Shown: one piece after another, positions 1 to 8,588 of the stretch
Numbering within the stretch: position 1 is the first letter of the stretch
How the letters are laid out: every line of letters begins with the position of its first letter
Assembly (NCBI GenBank): GCA_027622665.1
Contig: JAQBYT010000009.1
Location: 1-64,000 of the forward strand
Length of the DNA: 64,000 bases
From: Verrucomicrobiota bacterium
Lineage (GTDB): Bacteria > Verrucomicrobiota > Verrucomicrobiia > Opitutales > Seribacteraceae
Direction: 5' to 3'
Translations under genes and position numbers: made by a program
Notes under the pieces: generated by a model
Database searches by the model: none
What the model was told of the DNA's origin: nothing
Seen by the model: only the letters and a program-made list of their open reading frames with translations

Positions 1-1899
1 TCCATGCTCGCCCCGCAGGTTCGTTCCGATATTAACTCGACCATCTCCCGATCGCGTCTCGCCGCGGACGTTCTTGTAGACCTGAACCGCACCATTCCTC
101 CCGCCACCGTAACCAAGACCATGCTTGCCGCTGACGTACTCGCGGATCTCGGCTCAACCATTGCCCCAGGTAGCATCACCTCCTCGCTACTTGCTCCCGG
201 GCTTCTCGCCGAGCTCAATTCCACTACACCCGAGGCATCGGTTACTGCATCCAAGATGCATCCAGATCTCATCAAGTATTTTCTGCCCGAGATTTCCAGT
301 CATCCAGTCGGAGTTTCGGTCCTTCCGGGGACGGGAGCCACGCTCTCTTCCGAAGCTACCGGCAAGTTCCTAACTTACCAGTGGCAAAGGAACGGGGTCG
401 ATCTTTCTGGGGAAACTAATGCCACGCTTGTCTTCACTTCCGCTAACGCAGCGCACGACGCCAACTATACCGTGGTCGTGAGCAACGACTGGGGAAGCGT
501 TACTAGCAATGCCAGTTCTTTCACCGTTGCCACAAATGCCCCCGTTATCACCTTGATCGGTGCCCCCACATTAACTCACGAGGTCGCCACCTCCTATACC
601 GATGCCGGCGCGACTGCTCTCGACGCCTTGGACGGCAACTTGACCGCTTCCATCGTTGTTGCTGGCCACGACTTCAACAATAGTACCACAGGCGATCACA
701 ACGTGACGTATAACGTGTCGGACGCGGGCGGTAATGCAGCGACCGAGAAGGTGCGAACGGTCACCGTGGTCGACTCCATCGCCCCCGTCATCACCTTGGT
801 CGGAGACGCAAATGTTTCGCACGGCTTGAACACCGTTTGGAATGATCCCGGAGTTACCGCGATCGATACACGCGACGGCAACCTTTCCGCTCAAGTGGCA
901 GTTTCCGGAACGGTGGACGTCAACTCCACGGGCGCCAACATCTTGACTTACCACGTCTCGGATGCCTTTGGCAATGTAGCCACAACCGTAACCCGCACGG
1001 TGAATGTAGTTCAACCGCCTTCAGGTCCGTGGAGCTTTACCAATGCCGGAGTCACGGGTCGCCTTGGACCTACTCAAGCACAAGTAGATGCCAACTATTC
1101 CGGAACCACGCTTGCGGGCGATGTCGTGATTACCACCCAAGGCATTCAGGAATGGACTGTACCAGCGACGGGGATCTATGCCATCGAGGCTTGGGGAGCG
1201 CAGGGGGGAAGCACCATTGGTTTTACTGGAGGGAAAGGGGCTCGAATGAAAGGGAACGTCATTCTATCTATGGGCGATGTCCTCCAAGTTTTAATTGGTC
1301 AACAGGGTGTTGATAGTGTAACTAGTCCTTCTTATGGTTCGGCTGGAGGAGGAGGAGGTTCTTTTGTTGCAAAAGGTTCTCAACTAAGTTCGTCGGTTCC
1401 CCTCGTTGTAGCTGGCGGTGGTGGCGGTTCTAAGACCAAAAGTTCTAGCTCTGGTCATGGTGGCGATGGTTTAACAGGGAATGAAGGAGGGAACTCAGCA
1501 TACAATGGGGGGGCATCCGGTAACGGGGGAGCAAGGAATCCATCTAACTACGGGGGCTTTGCTGGGGGTGGGTTTTTCACCGGTGGGCTACAAGGAGCCA
1601 ATAGCGGAAAATCAGGTTTTGCTTTTGTAAATGGAGGACAAGGAGGAATTCGTCAGGATAATGGTGCAGATGCATGCGCAGACGGAGGTTTCGGCGGCGG
1701 CGGCGGCGGGATGCACAATCAAAACCAAGGCGGCGGCGGCGGCGGCGGCTATTCCGGTGGTAGTGCCGGACACGACGATTCTGGTCAAAAGGGTTGGGGC
1801 GGTGGCGGTGGATCCTACAATTCAGGAACCAACCATGACAACACAGTCGGTGCGAACCAAGGTCAGGGCAAAGTTACTATTACTTGGGTGGGGAACTGA
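1..1899 (+). CDS. 3' part of a large surface/extracellular protein: low-complexity N-proximal repeats, Ig-like domain, two DUF5011 (Ig-like) domains, C-terminal ALK/LTK-type glycine-rich domain (5' end lies outside window)
   Basis: Frame open from base 1; repeats such as LAADVLVDLN/LAADVLADL; LTYQWQRNG..YTVVVSN Ig motif; two APVITLxG..DxGATAxD..DGNL..VTYNVSD..GN..RTVxV units; FTNAGVTGRLGPTQAQ..GIQEWTVPATGIYAIEAWGAQGG followed by poly-Gly tracts. Confidence 0.85.
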   Translation, partial: SMLAPQVRSDINSTISRSRLAADVLVDLNRTIPPATVTKTMLAADVLADLGSTIAPGSITSSLLAPGLLAELNSTTPEASVTASKMHPDLIKYFLPEISSHPVGVSVLPGTGATLSSEATGKFLTYQWQRNGVDLSGETNATLVFTSANAAHDANYTVVVSNDWGSVTSNASSFTVATNAPVITLIGAPTLTHEVATSYTDAGATALDALDGNLTASIVVAGHDFNNSTTGDHNVTYNVSDAGGNAATEKVRTVTVVDSIAPVITLVGDANVSHGLNTVWNDPGVTAIDTRDGNLSAQVAVSGTVDVNSTGANILTYHVSDAFGNVATTVTRTVNVVQPPSGPWSFTNAGVTGRLGPTQAQVDANYSGTTLAGDVVITTQGIQEWTVPATGIYAIEAWGAQGGSTIGFTGGKGARMKGNVILSMGDVLQVLIGQQGVDSVTSPSYGSAGGGGGSFVAKGSQLSSSVPLVVAGGGGGSKTKSSSSGHGGDGLTGNEGGNSAYNGGASGNGGARNPSNYGGFAGGGFFTGGLQGANSGKSGFAFVNGGQGGIRQDNGADACADGGFGGGGGGMHNQNQGGGGGGGYSGGSAGHDDSGQKGWGGGGGSYNSGTNHDNTVGANQGQGKVTITWVGN

Positions 1900-1983
1900 C
1901 TCGCACCGCTTGCCGGGCGGTGACTACGGCAACAAGTAGCCATTGAGTTTACGGCACTTCGTTTCCCGTGTCCCTCCCTGCCT

Positions 1984-2106
1984 GCCATTGTGAGGAGCGC
2001 AGCGACGCGGCATTCCAGCGGAACCATTGGGCATCCCCCCGCATCGTCCCGGCATCCCACATAACGACCCCGACTGGATTGCCACATCCTGCGGGCTCGC
2101 AATGAC
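1984..2106. repeat. REP-like palindromic element, copy 1 (degenerate)
   Basis: GCCATTGTGAG..GCATTCCAG ... CTGGATTGC..CTCGCAATGAC; ends are imperfect inverted repeats; internal spacer near-identical to copy 2. Confidence 0.75.
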
Positions 2107-2195
2107 AGCGTAGAGTTAAGGTATTCTGCAACCGTATCGTTCTCCCCGCCCATTCAGCTGACCGTGAACCACACTGTTCATCCCCACCACACCCT

Positions 2196-2384
2196 GTCAT
2201 TGCGAGGAAGGACACCGTCCTGACGCGGCAATCCAGCGGAACCATCAGGCATCCCATCGCATCGTCCGGGCATCCCACGTAACGACCCAGACTGGATTGC
2301 CGCGTCAGTTCTCTGCGAGACCTTCCTCGCAATGACACAAAGTTAAGAGACTGGATGGCCAAGCCCTGACGGACTTGCAATGAC
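2196..2384. repeat. REP-like palindromic element, copy 2 (2196-2336) plus a degenerate right-half copy (2349-2384)
   Basis: GTCATTGCGAGGAAGG..GACGCGGCAATCCAG ... CTGGATTGCCGCGTC..CCTTCCTCGCAATGAC forms a long inverted repeat. Confidence 0.8.
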
Positions 2385-2522
2385 AAGATTGTGCAAGGAT
2401 TGTCACGCCCAATGGATTACTTAAGGTACAACCGCACTGAGGGAGTCACAAGCCATGGTCAGGTGCCGTCTGAGCAGTTTTTTTCTCGCAACATCGCCCA
2501 TATCCGGAATTAGTTCTCATCC

Positions 2523-4154
2523 GTGAGTGAAAATGGTCAAGTAGTGGATGCGGATGAAGCATCTTTTTGCAGCAAGCATGAAAAGACTTTGGAAAGTCAT
2601 TTGGCTTACGAGGTGTTCCGTTCCTTGCATGCGGATCCTAAGCGAGTGGCCGTAGTTGACTACGCCGGAGCCAAGACCACCGAGGTGGATGCGCAAGGGC
2701 TGTTGGTTTTGGCCACCCTGCTTGCGGATAGGCTGAAAAAGGCGACGTCCGCCAAGCGTGTGGGCATCGTCCTTCCTCCCGGTATAGGTGGAGTGGTTGC
2801 GAATCTGGCGGTAATCTTTGCGGACAAGGTGCCCGTGAACTTGAATTTCTCTCTGGGCAGGGCGGCGGTGGAGAGTTCCATTGAACGGGCGAGTCTCGAT
2901 TTGCTGCTGAGCGCCGAGAAAGTTCGTGCGAAGCTAAAGGATTTTCCATGGATTCCCGGTTTCCTGGATGTCGGGATCGCCTTGCAGGAAATTCGTGGTT
3001 CCAAGCTTCGTCTTTTGAGTAGAGCCTTGGTGCTTGCCTTGCCTTGCGGATTGGCGAGTTCTTTGCTGAAAATACCGCGCAAGGGAGGCGATTCGGAAGC
3101 GGGTCTTCTCTTTACCAGCGGCAGTTCGGGGATGCCAAAGGGTGTGGCTTTGTCTCACCGCAACTTGCTGAGCAACTGCCTTCAGATCAGGACAATCGCG
3201 ATAATCCCCGAAGGCGAGACTTTGTTGGGCAACCTGCCTCTCTTTCACAGTTTCGGCTTTACCGTCACCTTGTGGTTCGCCTTGTTCGCACGAATCAAGC
3301 TCGTTACCGTGCCTTCCCCTTTGGAGGTGAAAAAGGGCCTAACCGCCATTCGCGAGCAAAAGGTAAGCGTTCTATTGGGGACGCCCACCTTTTTACGGCC
3401 TTTTTTAAGGAAAGGAACGGAGGAAGACTTTGCCAGTGTGCGCTTTATCGTTTCGGGTGCCGAGAAGACTCCCGAAGGTTTTGCCGACAAATTCATGAAT
3501 GCCTTCAATTGCCAATACCTGGAGGGCTACGGACTGACGGAAACTTCCCCCGTGCTGAGTATTAACTTACCCGATTCGGGTACGCGAAAGGGTTCCGTGG
3601 GCAAACTTATGCCGGGCGTGGTCGGATGCGTTTTAGATGCCGATACGGGAGAGCCCCGCAAGCCTACGGACACGGGCCTGCTCTGCTTCCGTGGGGCTAA
3701 TGTCTTTGGTGGTTATCTTGGGGAACCCGAAAGAACCCTCGAGGTATTGCCGGGTGACGGTTGGTTCCATACGGGCGACCTTGGCCGGTTCGACGAGGAC
3801 GGATTTCTTTTCATTGAGGGTCGCCTTTCACGGTTTTCCAAGATCGGGGGCGAGATGGTTCCGCACGGCACGGTGGAACAAGCGGTGGCAAAGGCTTTGG
3901 GTATAGAGGACAGCGACAAACCCCTCGTAGCCATCGGCAGCAAGGCCGATCCCGTAAAAGGGGAGAGCCTCGTTTTGCTTGCGGTTCCCGAGGTGGATTT
4001 CGACGACTTGAGGAAGCGACTTTCCGAGGCGGGCTTGGCCAACTTGTGGATTCCCAAGAAAATCAAGCCGGTGGACGAAATTCCCATGTTACCCACGGGA
4101 AAGCTGGACTTGAAAGGGATCGCGAGGCTCGCTACGGGCGAGGAGGAAGGGTAG
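2523..4154 (+). CDS. AMP-binding acyl-[ACP]/acyl-CoA synthetase (similar to the synthetase half of Aas)
   Basis: LFTSGSSGMPKGV, EGYGLTETSP, WFHTGDLG, GRLSRFSKIGGEMV, PTGKLD adenylation motifs. Confidence 0.9.
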   Translation: MSENGQVVDADEASFCSKHEKTLESHLAYEVFRSLHADPKRVAVVDYAGAKTTEVDAQGLLVLATLLADRLKKATSAKRVGIVLPPGIGGVVANLAVIFADKVPVNLNFSLGRAAVESSIERASLDLLLSAEKVRAKLKDFPWIPGFLDVGIALQEIRGSKLRLLSRALVLALPCGLASSLLKIPRKGGDSEAGLLFTSGSSGMPKGVALSHRNLLSNCLQIRTIAIIPEGETLLGNLPLFHSFGFTVTLWFALFARIKLVTVPSPLEVKKGLTAIREQKVSVLLGTPTFLRPFLRKGTEEDFASVRFIVSGAEKTPEGFADKFMNAFNCQYLEGYGLTETSPVLSINLPDSGTRKGSVGKLMPGVVGCVLDADTGEPRKPTDTGLLCFRGANVFGGYLGEPERTLEVLPGDGWFHTGDLGRFDEDGFLFIEGRLSRFSKIGGEMVPHGTVEQAVAKALGIEDSDKPLVAIGSKADPVKGESLVLLAVPEVDFDDLRKRLSEAGLANLWIPKKIKPVDEIPMLPTGKLDLKGIARLATGEEEG

Positions 4155-4161
4155 GGGAATC

Positions 4162-5907
4162 CTATCCGCCGACGTTTACGCCGCGTACAAGATCGGCCAG
4201 CATTACGTTCGTCTGCTTGGCTTGGGCCAAGATTGCCACGCTTGCCTGCAATCTCACCTGGTTGGAGGCGAACTTGGTGCTTTCACGGGCTACGTCTGTA
4301 TCCTCGATTCTGCTGACGGCCATTTCCCTGCTCCCCATTTTTCGACTCAGGTTGTCCATTTCCTTCTCAAGACGACTCAGGTTGGCTCCCACCGAGGAGC
4401 GTTCCGAGGACAAGTTTGTCATCCAATCCGTGAGTTGGGTTAGAGTGCCGCGGGCGTTGGTTATGCTCTCAAGATTGTAGGTTGTGGTGTCGCTTACCGT
4501 TATCGTATTAACGGATTGAAGATTCCAGGTTTCCCCCGAGCCATCAATGGTAGCCGCCAAGCTTCCCTTTTCTGTCTCGTAAGTAGGAGTCAAGTCGGTA
4601 GGTGAACCAGCGACGTCATCTACGACGCTTTGTCCATCCTTGGCAGCTCCACTATCTGCGTCGGCGTTTCCAATGGCTCCCGTGTCGGCGTTACCTATGC
4701 TATTCGCATAATCGAATTTCCCCGCGTCTTTGACGTATGACAAACCGTCCGCCCCTTTGAAGGCTGCTAGAAAAGCGTCATTGTTTGCATAATCAGTGAA
4801 GGCGGCAATCCCTGTATCTAGGCCACTGTCCGCTGCGGTAGCTCCTCCTACGTTATTGAAGCGATCTGCCATCCACTGGGTTAAGGCCTTTGCGCCGTCT
4901 GCTCCTCCATTGAAGCCGCCAGCCGATTTCCCAGCATCTTTTATGCTATAATGAAGAAAACGTGCCGCCAGATAGGCGGAACCATATTGCTCATTGGTTG
5001 TCCAGGATTCGTCTCCAGTTCCTACTTCATTGAGTAAGTTGGTTATGTCGCTATCGCTTGGAAGTGTATTGCCCAGAATACCTCTAACACGGTCATCTCC
5101 GCCGTGAATCATTTCGGCAAGCCCTTCCTTAAACCATGAACCTCGTCGTCCGTTGCCGTCCACGATATCGCCAAAGAATGAATTTTGGGCTTGTATTAAG
5201 TGCACCATTTCGTGGGCGACAACCCTATCCGCTTCTGAGGGTCCTACAGTGTGAGGGGCAGAAAAGTCAGGGAGGTCGAATTGCATTTCCATTACGTCGG
5301 CGGTACCTGTCCCGTCCCAAGACGTCTTGACGAAAGCGGCGTATCCTCCCGTATCGTCCTCGTTTACGATCAAGTCCCAAGTGTCAGCAGCCTTCGCTTG
5401 GAGTCCATAGGCGCTCTGCACCAATCCTTCCGCATTTTTGAGCCACCCATTTTTTAGCGCATCGATGAATTCTTGTTTTTCATCACTGAATCCACCGGCA
5501 CCGAACACATCCATCCCGTTGAACTTTTCCACCTTCATCTCATCCAGTTGAGCGGCCAACTCAATGAATTCCTTGTTGTAGTTTTCGCGGTCGTTATCGG
5601 TCGCGGTTACGTCCAAGGCTCGTGTGGCCAAGGTATTCATGCGATTAAGGATTTTTCCGACCGTTTCCAAGGAGCCGTCTTGAATTTGGGAATAGGAGAC
5701 GAGGTTTTGGAGGTTCTGCATCGAGGCAACGTCTCTCTTGTGTCGGGAACCTAGCGTTGCCGCCTGTCGGAACCCGCCGGCGTCGTGACCAGCGTTTTGC
5801 ATCCGCTTGCCCGAAGAAAGCTTGCTAACGGAAGTATCCAAGTCCAACCGAGCTCGGTGTGTCTCGAAGGCGAGGCCTGTTAAATCATGGTTGATATGGG
5901 CGATCAA
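4162..5907 (-). CDS. fliC: Flagellin with central zinc-metallopeptidase insert (flagellinolysin-like proteolytic flagellin)
   Basis: Flagellin N-domain (KLSSGKRM..DAGG..QDGSL..ILNRMNTLA..KFNG) and C-domain (RSSVGANLSRL..SRIEDTDVARE..ILAQAKQ); insert with DRVVAHEMVH and WFKEGLAEMIHGGDDR; TTG start. Confidence 0.9.
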   Translation of the reverse strand: MIAHINHDLTGLAFETHRARLDLDTSVSKLSSGKRMQNAGHDAGGFRQAATLGSRHKRDVASMQNLQNLVSYSQIQDGSLETVGKILNRMNTLATRALDVTATDNDRENYNKEFIELAAQLDEMKVEKFNGMDVFGAGGFSDEKQEFIDALKNGWLKNAEGLVQSAYGLQAKAADTWDLIVNEDDTGGYAAFVKTSWDGTGTADVMEMQFDLPDFSAPHTVGPSEADRVVAHEMVHLIQAQNSFFGDIVDGNGRRGSWFKEGLAEMIHGGDDRVRGILGNTLPSDSDITNLLNEVGTGDESWTTNEQYGSAYLAARFLHYSIKDAGKSAGGFNGGADGAKALTQWMADRFNNVGGATAADSGLDTGIAAFTDYANNDAFLAAFKGADGLSYVKDAGKFDYANSIGNADTGAIGNADADSGAAKDGQSVVDDVAGSPTDLTPTYETEKGSLAATIDGSGETWNLQSVNTITVSDTTTYNLESITNARGTLTQLTDWMTNLSSERSSVGANLSRLEKEMDNLSRKMGSREMAVSRIEDTDVARESTKFASNQVRLQASVAILAQAKQTNVMLADLVRGVNVGG

Positions 5908-5992
5908 AAAAAAATCCTGTTATGTGCATAGCAAGACGTTGGGCACAAAGTTAGTATTGAGTGGGACAACTGCACCTCAATGCACTCTACGC

Positions 5993-6006
5993 CCACCTCC
6001 TTGCGG
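5993..6006 (-). promoter_or_regulatory. Putative CsrA/RsmA-binding hairpin in the flagellin 5' UTR
   Basis: Minus-strand CCGC-AAGGAG-GTGG places GGA in a hairpin loop; a second ACAGGA site overlaps the likely RBS (5914-5920). Confidence 0.5.
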
Positions 6007-6017
6007 ACAATAGAATA

Positions 6018-6044
6018 TAATCGGACGAAATCCTTACTTCTTTA
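6018..6044 (-). promoter_or_regulatory. Putative sigma28 (FliA/SigD) promoter of the flagellin
   Basis: Minus-strand TAAA-N15-TCCGATTA versus consensus TAAA-N15-GCCGATAA, about 110 bp upstream of the start. Confidence 0.7.
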
Positions 6045-6171
6045 ACGGAACCCCAAGGCTTTTTTATCAACTTTCGGAGCAGCTAGAGATCAGATTGCGG
6101 GCTATTCCATTCTCTGAACAACCATTTCTCCTCACGCCGACTGGAGGATTAAGTTTTCTTCGTGGGGCATA

Positions 6172-6247
6172 TGGTAGGCCGGCCGGGACTTGAACCCGGA
6201 ACCAATGGCTTAAAAGGCCACTGCTCTACCGATTGAGCTACCGACCC
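6172..6247 (-). tRNA. tRNA-Lys (TTT)
   Basis: GGGTCGGTAGCTCAATCGGTAGAGCAGTGGC-CTTTTAA-GCCATTGGTTCCGGGTTCAAGTCCCGGCCGGCCTACCA, 76 nt, CCA encoded. Confidence 0.97.
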
Positions 6248-6385
6248 AAAAATGTTGATGCGTAAGGCTTTAGTGGGCTTATGCCTTGCGCGAGATTCAT
6301 TCTCCATTGACAGCTCATTGCCGGATCGTAACCGATATACGCTTCGACGGCACCCGATATCGGCTCAACTGGAAAGGTATGAATC

Positions 6386-7729
6386 ATGGCACAAACCTCT
6401 AAGCATAAAACCGGCTTTAGGCAAGACGAAGAATACAAGCGATTCGAGATGCTTCTTAAAAAGCGTGGCGCGGTCGATGCCTTGCCGGCCTTTCTCAAGG
6501 CCTTCAAGCGAACGGGGCGTATTTCTCTCGACTTTCGTGGCAAGGATTATAACGGACTGCGGATTCCCGGTCGCGTCTTCCCCGCCACCGAGGAAGAAGC
6601 GGTAGGTAAGTTTGTCGAGGTTTGGCGGGCTAAGGGCGAGCATGGCCGCGAGACGGAGTCTCTCGCCTTCGACTCAGTCCGGCTCGGCGGCTTCGTAAGG
6701 GCCAAGAAACTCTTGGCCGACTCCGGATGCGACGACTCGGTCGAAGATTGCATGCGAGATTTCGTTGTGGCGAAGGGGAAATTGGCGAAGGCCGGGTTCG
6801 ACAAGTCTCTGGCCGCTTTCGTCGAGTATTCCTTGTCGCTCGTAATGCCTAAAGGAATCCCCATCACCTTCGAGGGTCTGCATTGCCTTTGGCTGGAGGC
6901 CCGGAGGGAGGAATTAAGGAAGGGGCGAATAAAAGAGCCGTCCCTCAAGGATAATATGCACCGGCCGGCCGGCTTCATCCGTCTGAACGCTCAAGCTCAA
7001 GTCCGATCTTTCGATCGCAAGCAGGGCGAGCTTGCTCTGGAGGCTTGTTATGGCGCTCAAAGCCCATCCTCCTATAACGGTGCCCTCAAAAATCTGCGAC
7101 AAATGCTCAAGTGGGGAATCGCCGAGCAATTGATCGAGGTTAACTGGGCTACCGGGATAAGCCGACGAACAGAGTACGACAAGACTTACGGAGGCCAAGT
7201 GTACGACGTGGACGAGGTGAGGAAGCTTCTCCAATTCCTCCGGAACTACGAGGGCGGAGCCTACTTGGGGGCATTCGTCATGACTCTTTTCAATGGCTAC
7301 CGCATAAACGCGGCTCGCCGGATGTCTCGGTCGGATTTCGACCTCGATCGCGAAAACCCGAAGGTGCAGGCCAAGCGGGAAAAGAATCCCTCTTCCAAGC
7401 GTATCAGGGCTGTCCTGCCGAATACTCTCGAATGGCTCAAGCTTTGTCCTCGGAAATTCAACCCCGACCACTCCGACGACCATTGGAGCAAGCTTTGCGG
7501 CAATAACCCTAAGTTCAGCCTATTCCGCAAGGCCGGCGTCGTCTTCCGCAGAAATGGGTTAAGGCATACCTTCGGCACTTACTCCACCGTCTGCCGGGGC
7601 TTCGATGAGACAAAACAGCTAATGGGCCACGAGAAAATGACAGATCAGCTGGAAAACCATTATCTCGAATACGCATCTCGGTCCGCCGCCGAAGAGTTTT
7701 GTACCCTCGTACCCGAACCGCCGGCATAG
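6386..7729 (+). CDS. Tyrosine recombinase / phage-integrase family protein
   Basis: NGYRI (catalytic R), NGLRHTFGTY (HxxR box, first H replaced by N), LMGH, HY (catalytic Tyr); adjacent to a tRNA. Confidence 0.85.
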   Translation: MAQTSKHKTGFRQDEEYKRFEMLLKKRGAVDALPAFLKAFKRTGRISLDFRGKDYNGLRIPGRVFPATEEEAVGKFVEVWRAKGEHGRETESLAFDSVRLGGFVRAKKLLADSGCDDSVEDCMRDFVVAKGKLAKAGFDKSLAAFVEYSLSLVMPKGIPITFEGLHCLWLEARREELRKGRIKEPSLKDNMHRPAGFIRLNAQAQVRSFDRKQGELALEACYGAQSPSSYNGALKNLRQMLKWGIAEQLIEVNWATGISRRTEYDKTYGGQVYDVDEVRKLLQFLRNYEGGAYLGAFVMTLFNGYRINAARRMSRSDFDLDRENPKVQAKREKNPSSKRIRAVLPNTLEWLKLCPRKFNPDHSDDHWSKLCGNNPKFSLFRKAGVVFRRNGLRHTFGTYSTVCRGFDETKQLMGHEKMTDQLENHYLEYASRSAAEEFCTLVPEPPA

Positions 7730-7934
7730 TCCTTTGGGTGGATGCAGTTCTGCCCTTTGCCCGGCGATTTTGCGCTGTTTTGCCCAACCCTATAATTCAT
7801 TTCCCTAGTAACAGACTAGCCGGTAGACAGGGACTGCCGGTTGGCCGGTTTCAGGCTCGCCGGAAATACGAGCTTCCATAGGCAAAGCCCCAAAGAGGGG
7901 CAGTTTCGCGGCGGGCCGATCAGTACGGAAACGC

Positions 7935-8081
7935 GTAGGCTGCTGGCTCCTTAAACGCGGAATCGCCGCGGACGGGGAGGAGGCTCTGGAGAACATTCGC
8001 AAGGCTCGTCTCCACGAGGAGCGCCTGCGCAATCACCCTTCTCACGAAACGGGGGAGCAGCGCGATTTTGTGGAAAAGTGG
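7935..8081 (+). pseudogene. C-terminal fragment of a dual-specificity/tyrosine phosphatase-like protein
   Basis: Start-less frame reads VGCWLLKRGIAADGEEALENIRKAR..PSHETGEQRDFVEKW, resembling the segment after the HCxxGxGRT loop; the loop itself is absent. Confidence 0.5.
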
Positions 8082-8240
8082 GCGATCTGGGGGAGTTGGA
8101 TACCTTTTGATCGCCCTGAAACGATCCGTAATCCACTTTATGCCCGAATCGATTTACGGGGCACTCTGCAATTCTCCTCAGCCTGAAATCTCGGGGATTG
8201 ACTACCGATAGTTCGAGAACTAACAAGCACGCAACGAAAC

Positions 8241-8588
8241 ATGAACGATGTGAAAATTACGGGAGAAGTCGTCTTTGTGGACGAAGTAAAGGAATACGGA
8301 GCAAACGCCTTCAGGAAGCACGTTGTCGTGGTGAAGACGGGAGACGACAAGTGGGCCAACCCGATACCTGTGGAATTCACGAAGGAGGCGATCGAGAAGA
8401 GCGCACAGCTCAAGACGGGTCAGAGGGTGGTCATAGACGCCCGACTCAACGGACGGGAATGGAAGGGGCAAGACGGCGTGACCAAGTGGTTCGTGTCCGT
8501 CAATGGATACGAGATCGCCTCTTCCGAAGCGGATGTTGTGTCGGAGCCCGACCCATCGGACGATCTGAACGAGGACGTGCCTTTTTGA
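8241..8588 (+). CDS. DUF3127-family protein (SSB-like OB fold with acidic tail)
   Basis: FRKHVVVV..PIPVEF..LNGREW..WF; C-terminal DDLNEDVPF tail. Confidence 0.8.
   Translation: MNDVKITGEVVFVDEVKEYGANAFRKHVVVVKTGDDKWANPIPVEFTKEAIEKSAQLKTGQRVVIDARLNGREWKGQDGVTKWFVSVNGYEIASSEADVVSEPDPSDDLNEDVPF

Noticed and set aside
1984..2384. CRISPR array
   Set aside because: Units are long palindromes with conserved rather than unique spacers; no cas genes
5928..5948. Sigma54 promoter for the flagellin (TGCCCAACGTCTTGCT on the minus strand)
   Set aside because: Lacks the invariant GG at -24; the sigma28 match is better
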